Positions 33,170 to 42,738 of a stretch of DNA of 64,000 nucleotides are shown one piece after another. The first letter of the stretch is position 1. Each line of letters begins with the position of its first letter. A program made the position numbers and the translations under genes. Source of the stretch: Rebecca billardiae RCC1528 (lineage: Eukaryota > Protista > Haptophyta); assembly GCA_965240325.2 (NCBI GenBank), contig OZ251231.1, positions 2,170,001 through 2,234,000 of the forward strand, given 5' to 3'. Below the pieces are notes generated by a model, which worked only from the letters and a program-made list of their open reading frames with translations, had not been told where the DNA came from and did not search any database.

Positions 33170-36100
33170 GATGCAGGCACCCCTCACCGACTCACGAAGA
33201 GCCGAGTGAGGTAGGCCCGAGCACCAGCTGGCCATCGAGCCACGAGGGCTGAAACCTATCTCCATGAGGAGATAACTGCCCAGAGGGCGCACACGCCCAC
33301 TAGGACCGGACCCGCGCCCGCTGCAGCCCAGCTTCAGTATGCAGCGTGAGCCAGTCCTGGTTGCAGGCTGCACTCGGCCAGCCTCACCGACTCCTGGAGG
33401 GCCTACTGAGGGAGGCCAGAGCACCAGCTGGCCATCGAGCCATGAGGGCTGGGCCCTGTCTCCATGAGACAACGCAGCTGCCACGAGGGCACACTCATCG
33501 GCCCAGACCGTAAGCTGCAGCCACCGCTGCATGCTGCAGTGATGCTGCGCGAGCTTTTCAGCTGCAAGTCGCAGGCATGCAACCCTCACAGACGCACGAA
33601 GGGTCGAATGAGGTAAAGGCTGCAGGCAACCCTCACCGACGACTCACGAAGAGCCGACTGAGGGAGGCCCGAGCACCAGCAGCGGGCCATCAAGCCAAGA
33701 TGACTGGACCCTGTCTCCATGAGACATGATGGCCGGTGGCCACCAGGGCGCACACGCCCAGACCGTCCGCGCGCCGAACAGCACCGCGCAATGTGCTGCG
33801 TGTCAGCGTGAGCTTCCAGGGGTTGCAGGCGGTTGCAGGCAACGCCCTCACCGACTCACGAAGAGCCCGGGACTGAGGTAGGCCCAAGCATCTGCGGGCC
33901 ATCGAGCCACGCGGGCTGGACCCTGTCCAGTTCATAGCAGTTACTTGTCATCATAATGAGACAACTGCGGCGGCCACGAGGGCACACACATACAGACCGT
34001 CTGCGCCTCAGCACCGCCTTGCGCGTTGTGCTGCGTGAGCTTCCAGGTTGCAGGCGGTTGCAGGCAACCCTCACCGACTTACGAAGAGCCCGGGACTGAG
34101 GTAGGCCCGAGCATCAGCGGGCCATCGAGCCACACGGGCCTGCCGGGACCGCCCGCGTGTCTCAGCATGAGACTGAACGGCGCCGGCGGCCACCAGGGCA
34201 CACACGCCCAGACCGTCCGCCGCGCCTCAGCACCGCAATGTAATGCTGCGTGAGCTTCCAGGTTGCAGGCGGTCGCAGGCAACCCTCACCGACTCACGAA
34301 GAGCCCGGGACTGAGGCAGGCCAGAGCACCAGCTGGCCATCGAGCCACGAGGGCTGGACCCTGTCTCCATGAGACAACGGCTGCGGCCACAAGGGCATAC
34401 ACACCCAAACCGGCCGCTGCAGCACAGCTGTACGCTGCGTGAGCTTCCCGGTTGCAGGTGCAGGCAACCCTCACCGACTCCCGAAGGACCGACTGAGGTA
34501 GGCCAGAGCACCAGCGGGCCATCGAGCCACGAGGGCTGGACCCTGTCTCCATGAGACGACGGCGGCGGCCACGAGGGCGCACACGCCCAGACCGTCCGCT
34601 GCAGCACCGCGATATGCGGCGTGAGCTTCCCGGTTGCAGGTTGCAGGCAACCCTCACCGACTCACGAAGAGCCGACTGAGGCAGGCCAGAGCACCAGCGG
34701 GCCATCGAGCCACGAGGGCTGGACCCTGTCTCCATGAGACAACGGCGGCGGCCACAAGGGCATACACACCCAAACCGGCCGCTGCAGCACAGCTGTACGC
34801 TGCGTGAGCTTCCCGGTTGCAGGTTGCAGGCAACCCTCACCGACTCACGAAGAGCCGACTGAGGCAGGCCAGAGCACCAGCGGGCCATCGAGCCACGAGG
34901 GCTGGACCCTGTCTCCATGAGACGACGGCGGCGGCCACGAGGGCGCACACGCCCAGACCGTCCGCTGCAGCACCGCGATATGCGGCGTGAGCTTCCCGGT
35001 TGCAGGTTGCAGGCAACCCTCACCGACTCACGAAGAGCCGACTGAGGCAGGCCAGAGCACCAGCGGGCCATCGAGCCACGAGGGCTGGACCCTGTCTCCA
35101 TGAGACAACGGCGGCGGCCACAAGGGCGCACACGCCCAAACCGTCCGCTGCAGCACCGCGATATGCGGCGTGAGCTTCCCGGTTGCAGGTTGCAGGCAAC
35201 CCTCACCGACTCACGAAGAGCCGACTGAGGTAGGCCAGAGCACCAGCGAGCCATCGAGCCACGAGGGCTGGACCCTGTCTCCATGAGACAACGGTGGCGG
35301 CCACAAGGGCACACACACCCAAACCGGCCGCTGCAGCACCGCGATATGCGGCGTGAGCTTCCCGGTTGCAGGTGCAGGCAACCCTCACCGACTCCCGAAG
35401 GACCGACTGAGGCAGGCCAGAGCACCAGCGGGCCATCGAGCCACGAGGGCTGGACCCTGTCTCCATGAGACAACGGCTGCGGCCACAAGGGCGCACACGC
35501 CCAGACCGTCCGCTGCAGCACCGCGATATGCGGCGTGAGCTTCCCGGTTGCAGGTTGCAGGCAACCCTCACCGACTCACGAAGAGCCGACTGAGGCAGGC
35601 CAGAGCACCAGCGGGCCATCGAGCCACGAGGGCTGGACCCTGTCTCCATGAGACAACGGCGGCGGCCACAAGGGCGCACACGCCCAGACCGTCCGCTGCA
35701 GCACCGCGATATGCGGCGTGAGCTTCCCGGTTGCAGGTTACAGGCAACCCTCACCGACTCACGAAGAGCCGACTGAGGTAGGCCAGAGCACCAGCGAGCC
35801 ATCGAGCCACGAGGGCTGGACCCTGTCTCCATGAGACGACGGCGGCGGCCACGAGGGCGCACACGCCCAGACCGTCCGCTGCAGCACCGCGATATGCGGC
35901 GTGAGCTTCCCGGTTGCAGGTTACAGGCAACCCTCACCGACTCACGAAGAGCCGACTGAGGTAGGCCAGAGCACCAGCGAGCCATCGAGCCACGAGGGCT
36001 GGACCCTGTCTCCATGAGACGACGGCGGCGGCCACGAGGGCGCACACGCCCAGACCGTCCGCTGCAGCACCGCGATATGCGGCGTGAGCTTCCCGGTTGC

Positions 36101-36750
36101 AGGTTGCAGGCAACCCTCACCGACTCACGAAGAGCCGACTGAGGCAGGCCAGAGCACCAGCGGGCCATCGAGCCACGAGGGCTGGACCCTGTCTCCATGA
36201 GACGACGGCGGCGGCCACAAGGGCGCACACGCCCAGACCGTCCGCTGCAGCACCGCGATATGCGGCGTGAGCTTCCCGGTTGCAGGTTGCAGGCAACCCT
36301 CACCGACTCACGAAGAGCCGACTGAGGCAGGCCAGAGCACCAGCGGGCCATCGAGCCACGAGGGCTGGACCCTGTCTCCATGAGACAACGGCGGCGGCCA
36401 CAAGGGCGCACACGCCCAAACCGTCCGCTGCAGCACCGCGATATGCGGCGTGAGCTTCCCGGTTGCAGGTTGCAGGCAACCCTCACAGACTCCCGAAGGG
36501 CCGACTGAGGTAGGCCAGAGCGCCAGCGGGCCATCGAGCCACGAGGGCTGGACCCTGTCTCCATGAGACACCGACGGCGGCCCCGAGGGCACGCTCGCCC
36601 CGACCGTCTGCGGCAGCGCCGCGGAATGCAACGAGCGCTTCTCGGTTGCAGGGCTGCAGGTTGTTGGCAACCCTCGCCGACCCGTGAAGAGCCGGCGGTC
36701 GGGGGAGGCCCTATCCCCGCGGGCCATCGCGCCACGAGGACTGGGCCATG
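33170..36750. repeat. Tandem array of a 183-bp unit (about 13 homogeneous and 6 degenerate copies)
   Basis: The CCCTCAC anchor recurs at 34283, 34468, 34651, 34834, 35017, 35200, 35382, 35565, 35748, 35931, 36114, 36297 and 36480, with diverged copies at about 33181-34067 and 36671. Confidence 0.97.
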
Positions 36751-36850
36751 TCGCTGTGCGAGCCCAGCTGCGGCCCCAAGGGCACGCTCGCCGAGGCCGT
36801 CGCCGCGCCCCCGGGGGGCAACGTAACGCGATGCAGCTGCGACTCGGAGC

Positions 36851-37066
36851 CGCGATGCAGCTGCGACTCGGAGCCGCCTGCTGATGCGCTTTCCCTTGCG
36901 GCGGCGAGTGCCGCCTCACCCGGAAGAACATCCGGTCCACTGTGAGTCTGTGCACTGCCGGACCGCGCACGGTCCGGGCACGATGCATGGTGTGCTGTGA
37001 CCTCTGGTTGTTTGAGCCATCTTCTGATTAGTAAGCTGCCACCAGCCTTCGGTGTTTATCGCACCA
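36851..37066. repeat. Split direct repeat B2 (right terminus), preceded by a 24-bp duplication of its first bases
   Basis: Matches 32233-32448; CGCGATGCAGCTGCGACTCGGAGC occurs twice at 36827-36874. Confidence 0.95.
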
Positions 37067-37526
37067 AACAAGACGGCGTCGTGGTGCGTGATGTTCACTG
37101 TCACGCACCGTAGTGTACAGTTTCAAGTTTACTATGTTTTAACGTGCACACTTGGTTAAGGCGTGATCGACGCCATCCAACACTGCACAAAGACACCGCC
37201 ACAAAACAGACCGGCGCAGGCAGGTGAGGGGCGCGTTGCCGCACCTCATCGAGGCGGCCATTGCAGCAAGCGGCCGCCCCGCGCTCGGAGGCACGCGCTC
37301 GAGAGCGCGCTCTGACACCACACGGGGAGGGTGCTGCACCTGGATGTAGCTTATCACTCGGCTGCGACTCGCCGCCTGGGACTGCAGCTCAGGCGCCTGG
37401 GCCCGGCCGCCACCGGCACGGGCGGCAGCCGAGTGAGCCGACTCAATGGGCGCGATCGCGGTGCCAGCAGCTGTGTCAGAGATGACCCGGGATCGCGTCG
37501 ATGATCGGCGCAGTGCACGCGGATGA

Positions 37527-39260
37527 TCAGCGCAGCGTGCCCGCCGCGCGCATCTCGTCGAGCAGCGCAAGGTGCGCCCGCACCGGCGCGATCGAATTGG
37601 CGACGCCCATGCCCGAGCCCGCCACGGCGGGCACGCCGATGCCGGGGAATGTGGAGGCGCCGCAGCACCAGAGGCCATCGAGGGGCGTGCGCGCGCCGGG
37701 AAATGCGTCGGCACCCGCCGCGAGCGCGGGCCCGTACGAGCCGCGGTGCGTCGAGAGGAAGCGCTCGTGCGTGAGCGGCGAGCCGACGCACGAGCACACC
37801 GCGCGCTCGCGCGCGTCCGGGATGAACGCCTCCACCGCCTCCCACAGCGCGGCGGAGCGCTTCTCCTTGAGCGCGCGGTACTCGGCGGAGCTGCGCGAGA
37901 GGCCCGCCCAGCGCTCGTACGGCTCGGTGGCGGGCAGGTACGCGTGCAGCGCGTGGTGGCCCGGGGGCGCGGCGTGCGGGTCGAGGGCGGAGGGCAGCGA
38001 GACGAACACCGCGTTGTCCTCCGCGTCGATCGGCTCCTCCCACGAGCGCACGCGGATGTGGTGCACGCCGCCCAGCTCGGCCGCGGACGGCAGCCCGTCC
38101 GCGCGCAGCCCGACGTGCAGGTGCATGAACGAGGGCGTGGCGGGCGTGCTGGCGTCGAGCGCGCTGCCGCGGAGGGGCAGCCGCGCGGCGACCTCGGGCG
38201 GCAGCAGCGACGCCGCGTTCCACACGGGCGCGTTGCACACCACGGCGAGCCGCGCGCGCAGCTCCGAGCCGTCGGCGAGCCGCGCGCCCACGCAGCGGCC
38301 GCCCTCGACCAGCAGCTGAGACACGCGCGCGCTGCACTGCACGCGCCCGCCGCGCGCCTCGATCGCGCGGACGAGCGCGTCGGCGATGGCCTGCGAGCCG
38401 CCCACGGGGTAGTCCATCACCGCGCCCGGCTCGAACAGCTCCTTGATCATGAAGGACACCGCCGCCGCCGAGGTCGCGTCCGCCGGCAGCCCGGAGAGCG
38501 CGAACGCCAGAAAGTCGAAGAAGCGGTACACGAGCGAGGAGCGGGGCACGGCCGCCGCGCGCAGGACGGCGCTGAACGGGCCGGAGGGCGGGGTGCTCAT
38601 GAGCGCGCGCGCCGCGCCGAGCGGGTCCATCGACGGCGCGTACGGCAGCCCCGCCGTGAGCGCGGCGCCGGCGTCGGCGCGCAGCGCGATCGGCGGGATC
38701 GCTCCGATCAGCGAGGAGAGCGGCGTGTTGGCCGCCTGCAGCCGCACCCAGTCGGCGGCGGCCGAGGGGCCGCCGAGGCGCGCGAACGCGCGCTCGAGCG
38801 CCGACGCGTCGCCGGAGACCACGTCGAGCAGCCCCTCGGGCAGGTACATGCGCCAGCTGTCGTACTGCCGCCACTCGAGCCGGCCGTCATTGCCGCCAGT
38901 CGCGTCCAGCACCTGCCGCAGCGGGTTGGACGAGGGCTTCGAGCAGCCCGAGAAGAGCGAGGGCCCGGAGTCGAAGTTGAACGTGCCCGCGGCCGTCCGG
39001 CGCGAGAAGCCGTGTGCGGCGCCCCCGGGGCGGTCGTGCGCCTCGAGCACGTGCACGCTGTACCCGTACCGAGCGAGCATCGCCGCTGCGCTCAGCCCGC
39101 CGATGCCCGCGCCGACGACGACCACGTCCGACGTGTCGCCGCGCGCGCTGGCGGAGGCCCTGATGATCGCGCTGCCGGCAGGCACCGCGCGCTGAAGCGG
39201 GCGCGCGGCTTGCGGCACGCGCGACGCGCACACGAGCGCCGCGAAGACGACGGCCGTCAT
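37527..39260 (-). CDS. Carotenoid isomerase-like (CRTISO family) FAD oxidoreductase, probably plastid-targeted
   Basis: Motifs VVVVGAGIGGLSAA, LEAHDRPGGAAH, FDSGPSLFSG, NPLRQVL, DYPVGGS, GSPLTHERFL, GSYGP, CGASTFPGIGVPAVA. Confidence 0.88.
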   Translation of the reverse strand: MTAVVFAALVCASRVPQAARPLQRAVPAGSAIIRASASARGDTSDVVVVGAGIGGLSAAAMLARYGYSVHVLEAHDRPGGAAHGFSRRTAAGTFNFDSGPSLFSGCSKPSSNPLRQVLDATGGNDGRLEWRQYDSWRMYLPEGLLDVVSGDASALERAFARLGGPSAAADWVRLQAANTPLSSLIGAIPPIALRADAGAALTAGLPYAPSMDPLGAARALMSTPPSGPFSAVLRAAAVPRSSLVYRFFDFLAFALSGLPADATSAAAVSFMIKELFEPGAVMDYPVGGSQAIADALVRAIEARGGRVQCSARVSQLLVEGGRCVGARLADGSELRARLAVVCNAPVWNAASLLPPEVAARLPLRGSALDASTPATPSFMHLHVGLRADGLPSAAELGGVHHIRVRSWEEPIDAEDNAVFVSLPSALDPHAAPPGHHALHAYLPATEPYERWAGLSRSSAEYRALKEKRSAALWEAVEAFIPDARERAVCSCVGSPLTHERFLSTHRGSYGPALAAGADAFPGARTPLDGLWCCGASTFPGIGVPAVAGSGMGVANSIAPVRAHLALLDEMRAAGTLR

Positions 39261-39371
39261 CGTGCTGAGGAAAGCTGCGCGAGCGTTGCTGGCGGCTGAT
39301 TTCATTTCCCAGGGCACTGCTGAAAAAAGCCGCACCCCGAATCCCCGATAAGCAATTAATAGATGGATTCA

Positions 39372-40727
39372 TCATCCGCACCGTGTTGGTGCCACGCTGT
39401 CACAACCGCGCGCCCGTGCCTCCAGCTCGCTCAGATACCGCAGCGCGGCGCGGCGCTCCGAAGCACACGCCGTAATGCCCCAGTGCGTCCCGCCACCTCG
39501 CGCCGCAGCCGCGGGCGGCACTTCCATCACGAGGCGCAGCACGCGCAAGCGCGACGGGTCGGCCGCCTGCTCGACCAGCCGCAACCGCGAGCTCGTCCGC
39601 TCGAGCTCGGCACGCATCTGCTCGCGTGCTTCGCGCTCCACAGCTAGCTCGGCGATGGCAGCGGGCGGCGGCGCGCTTGCGGGCTCGACGAGCTGAGCCA
39701 GCAGCGGGGCGTGCTCCTCCTGCCCTGTCCCGTCCTCGGTCTCCTCTGTTGGTGCCTCCTCGCGGGCGCGCTTGCCGCCCGCCTTGCCGCCGCGCGCGAC
39801 GAGCGCGGCTGCGGCCTGAGCGGCGGTCTCGTCCGGCCGCGGGAAGTTGAGCAGCCGCTCCGCCACCAGCGCGTGCCTTCGCACGAGCGCATCGTACGCG
39901 AGTGCCGCCTCCTCCTCGTCGGCCAGCATTCTGGAGCCAATGAGGATCCCGCGGTGGCTGAAGCGCGCGTACCACTTCCTGCCACCGGTTGAGGGGTCGG
40001 CCCTGTGGTAGACGGCGATGAAGCGGCTGTGCGTGCCACGAGGCGTGGTGCTCGGCCTCGCATCCGCCGCACGCGTGGCCGAGGGCGTGGCTGCGCTCGC
40101 CTCCTGCCGTGCCGCTGCGGCGGGTGGCTCTGGCTCGGCGCGCGAGCTGATGCCGGGCTCTGAGGGCATGGGATCTGAGGACGAGGTCCCGCGATGTCGA
40201 GGAGGAGGCGGAGCTGCAGCCTGCGCGGCGGCCTCCTCCGGGCGGGGGAAGTTGAGCCGCCGTCGACCGACGAGGCCGTGTTGGCGCACGAGCACATCGT
40301 ACGCTCGCGCCGCCTCCTCCTCCGTCGCGTGGGTCGATTGGAACTTTCTCGAATCCACGCCCAGATCGCACAGCCACCTGGTGTGCGTGTGCGTCCTTGC
40401 GCGGGACACGCCGACGTAGCGGCTGGTAAGGGCACGGTCATGCACCATCGCCGCCTGCGCCGCGGCCTCCTGCGGCCGTGGAAAGTTGAGCGGCCGCTTG
40501 CCCACCAAGTGGTGCTTGCGCACCAGGTTGTCGTTCGCTTCTGCAGCCTTCTCTGCCGTGTCAAGACCGCTCGACCTGCTGAACGTGCACCCATCGAAAC
40601 TGATCTGTGCGCGCCACCCCCCGCGGCGGCCCTTGTACACGCCGAAGTAGCGTTTGGCCGCGGGCTGGTGGGAGGCCGGCAGCGACGCTCCCGAGGAGCC
40701 GGGGTCGCCCGCGCCTGCGAACACCAT
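39372..40727 (-). CDS. Protein with three AP2-like DNA-binding domains
   Basis: Three repeats of (R)Y/FxGV...W.A....EEAA.AYD...LNFP, followed by a coiled-coil tail. Confidence 0.8.
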   Translation of the reverse strand: MVFAGAGDPGSSGASLPASHQPAAKRYFGVYKGRRGGWRAQISFDGCTFSRSSGLDTAEKAAEANDNLVRKHHLVGKRPLNFPRPQEAAAQAAMVHDRALTSRYVGVSRARTHTHTRWLCDLGVDSRKFQSTHATEEEAARAYDVLVRQHGLVGRRRLNFPRPEEAAAQAAAPPPPRHRGTSSSDPMPSEPGISSRAEPEPPAAAARQEASAATPSATRAADARPSTTPRGTHSRFIAVYHRADPSTGGRKWYARFSHRGILIGSRMLADEEEAALAYDALVRRHALVAERLLNFPRPDETAAQAAAALVARGGKAGGKRAREEAPTEETEDGTGQEEHAPLLAQLVEPASAPPPAAIAELAVEREAREQMRAELERTSSRLRLVEQAADPSRLRVLRLVMEVPPAAAARGGGTHWGITACASERRAALRYLSELEARARGCDSVAPTRCG

Positions 40728-41074
40728 CTCCTCGGCCGCAAGCCCGAAGCAGCCGCCAGGTGACTCCGGCTGCCCAGTGTCCGGTCGGACACCGGTCGCT
40801 CGCCCAGCCGACGCTGCCGAGCGGCAGTTGGTCGGGAGCCGCTCGGCGCTCGCTCACTCCCTTCGGGCCGCAGGACGCTTCGCTCGTGGCGGCGGCGGAC
40901 GCTTCCGCGGCGGTCGGGCTCCTCCAGCGCAAGTCGGGGCGCGGCGACGCGCGCGCGACGTTCCTTTTGGTGCAGCGGGCTGAGGATGGCGACGGCATCG
41001 CACAGGACGGCGCGGGTCAGCCCGTGGACCTTGATGAGAAACAGCGCGCCTACCGTTTGGCTGCAGCGCGTGAC

Positions 41075-41386
41075 ATGGAGGAGCGTGACGTTGGAGGAGG
41101 GCGCGCGGCTGCTGCGCCGTGGGCAAGAGTTCGAACCAGACCTCATCGGAGATATGGCGTGCGATGCGCTGGCCTGCGGCAGCTGAAGTGCGTGAGGTGG
41201 TCTCGCAGTGCTGCATTAGTCATCACCTGCGAACGCACGGGTTGTGGTCTGAAGAAGTGCGAGCGGTGCCACATGGCTGTCTTCTGCTCGCGTGAGAACC
41301 TGCGCACCTCGTGGAAGGCGCACAAGCCCCACTGCAACACATCAGGTCGTGCGCAGAGGGCGAGGCGGCAGGCCGTCGAAGCCTAG
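41075..41386 (+). other. Degenerate MYND zinc-finger ORF, possibly a gene fragment; start uncertain
   Basis: CERTGCGLKKCERCHMAVFCSRENLRTSWKAHKPHC fits MYND spacing with one Cys replaced by Asn. Confidence 0.5.
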
Positions 41387-41828
41387 CAGCTAACTAGCAG
41401 ATGAGAGGCGTAGATCTATGCTCAATGCTGCGCCCCGCGGCTGTTCGATTGACGTGTAGAGTTCTGACGGTTCGTCGTCTGTTGTCTGTTGCCGTCAGAA
41501 CATTGAGCCCCATGATCTGCTGCACTGCCATTATAGCATCAATCATATTATTATTCGAGATAATCGTCGGCGTCGGAAATCATCAATGGCCGATGCCGGG
41601 CGATGGCGGCGGCAGCAGTCTTGCAGTCTGAGCCTGATGCGCCGCCGGAGTGCCAGTATGACATATATATGCACGACTCTGACATCTGGCGCCCGCGTCG
41701 CCCGCGCTGCTGAGTCGCAATAGTCAGCCAAGCAGGCTCGTCTGTTAATTAAAGTCATCGCGCCTTTAATTCAGAATGCGACGCCATGTCGGCTGCTGTC
41801 CGACAGGCGACATCGTCGTCGCTTACGG

Positions 41829-42551
41829 TCACGTCGCATCACCGACCATCGCGGCGGCCGCCGGCGTTATGGCCACGTGCGCGACTCCAGGCACGCCCAC
41901 GAGCGCCGAGGCCATGCTGTCACCGCTCTGGCCCGTCCGCTCGACGTTGAGCAGGTGCCAGCGCGCACGACCACCTGCAGCCTGCGTGAGCTCCAGCTCC
42001 TGCAAGGCGGTCGCGCCGCCCCCAATCGCGAGCACGAGGGGTGCCTGCGTCGCGAGCAGGGCGACGGCCCCTAAGCGCTCGTACCGCCCGCCCTCGGCGA
42101 GGCTATCGTCGAGGAGGTACACGGTCGTGGCTGCGGCCGCGCAGGAGCTCCACGCACCATGGAAGCCACGCGGGTTGCCGTAGCGCTCGTGCCTATCCTT
42201 GTGCATGAGGAACGCCACAAAGTTGACGTGCGGCAGCGCTTTCATGAGCGGCGGCAGCAGGCAGGTGAACGAGTCCGCAGCGAAGTCGTCGCCGTCCCAC
42301 ACGATCGTGCTCACTTCCCTCGCGCGGAGCCAGGCGACCAGCACGGTGGCATGCTGAGCGACGTCCTCGCCAAGACCGGAGGCGAACCCCTTGATGTGGC
42401 ACACCACGCCTCCGCCGTCGGCAAGAAAGTGCAGGTGCTGCCGGGCGGCCTCCACGCGCGCGCCATCGAGTGCGTCTCCGCTGAGGCGCCCGAGCTGCTC
42501 CTCTGTGACGCGTGCGTCGACGTATCGCAGGAGCCCGTCTTCGTCGGACAT
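41829..42551 (-). CDS. Hypothetical protein, possibly SLOG-like fold
   Basis: 240-aa ORF with host codon style, an alpha/beta pattern and the motifs HIKGF, IVWDGDD and VLAIGGGATALQE. Confidence 0.55.
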   Translation of the reverse strand: MSDEDGLLRYVDARVTEEQLGRLSGDALDGARVEAARQHLHFLADGGGVVCHIKGFASGLGEDVAQHATVLVAWLRAREVSTIVWDGDDFAADSFTCLLPPLMKALPHVNFVAFLMHKDRHERYGNPRGFHGAWSSCAAAATTVYLLDDSLAEGGRYERLGAVALLATQAPLVLAIGGGATALQELELTQAAGGRARWHLLNVERTGQSGDSMASALVGVPGVAHVAITPAAAAMVGDAT

Positions 42552-42738
42552 CTTCACGACGGCCGGCCAAACCCCGCGCAGCCCGCGCGGAGAGCAAAAG
42601 TCAGCAGCACGATATTTTTCCGGCCAGTCTTTGCGTGGGCGATTTTTCCATTTTCCTGTCTTCTCCACGGCACGCTGCGGCGGCGGCCTCAGTGACTTCA
42701 GTTTATTCACGGCTGTCACGCGACGTCGATCGGCGTCA

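Larger units (their letters stand above)
28713..37066. mobile_element. Non-autonomous tyrosine-recombinase-class (DIRS/PAT/Ngaro-like) retrotransposon with split direct repeats A1...B1A2...B2
   Basis: A (333 bp) at 28713 and 32447; B (216 bp) at 32233 and 36851. Decayed DIRS-type RT/RNase H, a CCCH gag-like ORF and an internal 183-bp array. No target-site duplication apart from the shared CA. Confidence 0.88.

Noticed and set aside
29046-33170. Tyrosine recombinase ORF expected in the element
   Set aside because: No R...HxxR...Y motif series is recognisable in any listed frame; presumed deleted.
34286-36735. Long Cys/Arg-rich minus-strand ORFs (411 and 510 aa) in the satellite
   Set aside because: They arise because the unit is 61 codons long and GC-rich; single-base deletions in some units shift the frame, which argues against coding constraint.
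33170-36750. Possible CRISPR-like array
   Set aside because: Units are full-length tandem copies with no unique spacers, there are no cas genes, and the context is eukaryotic.
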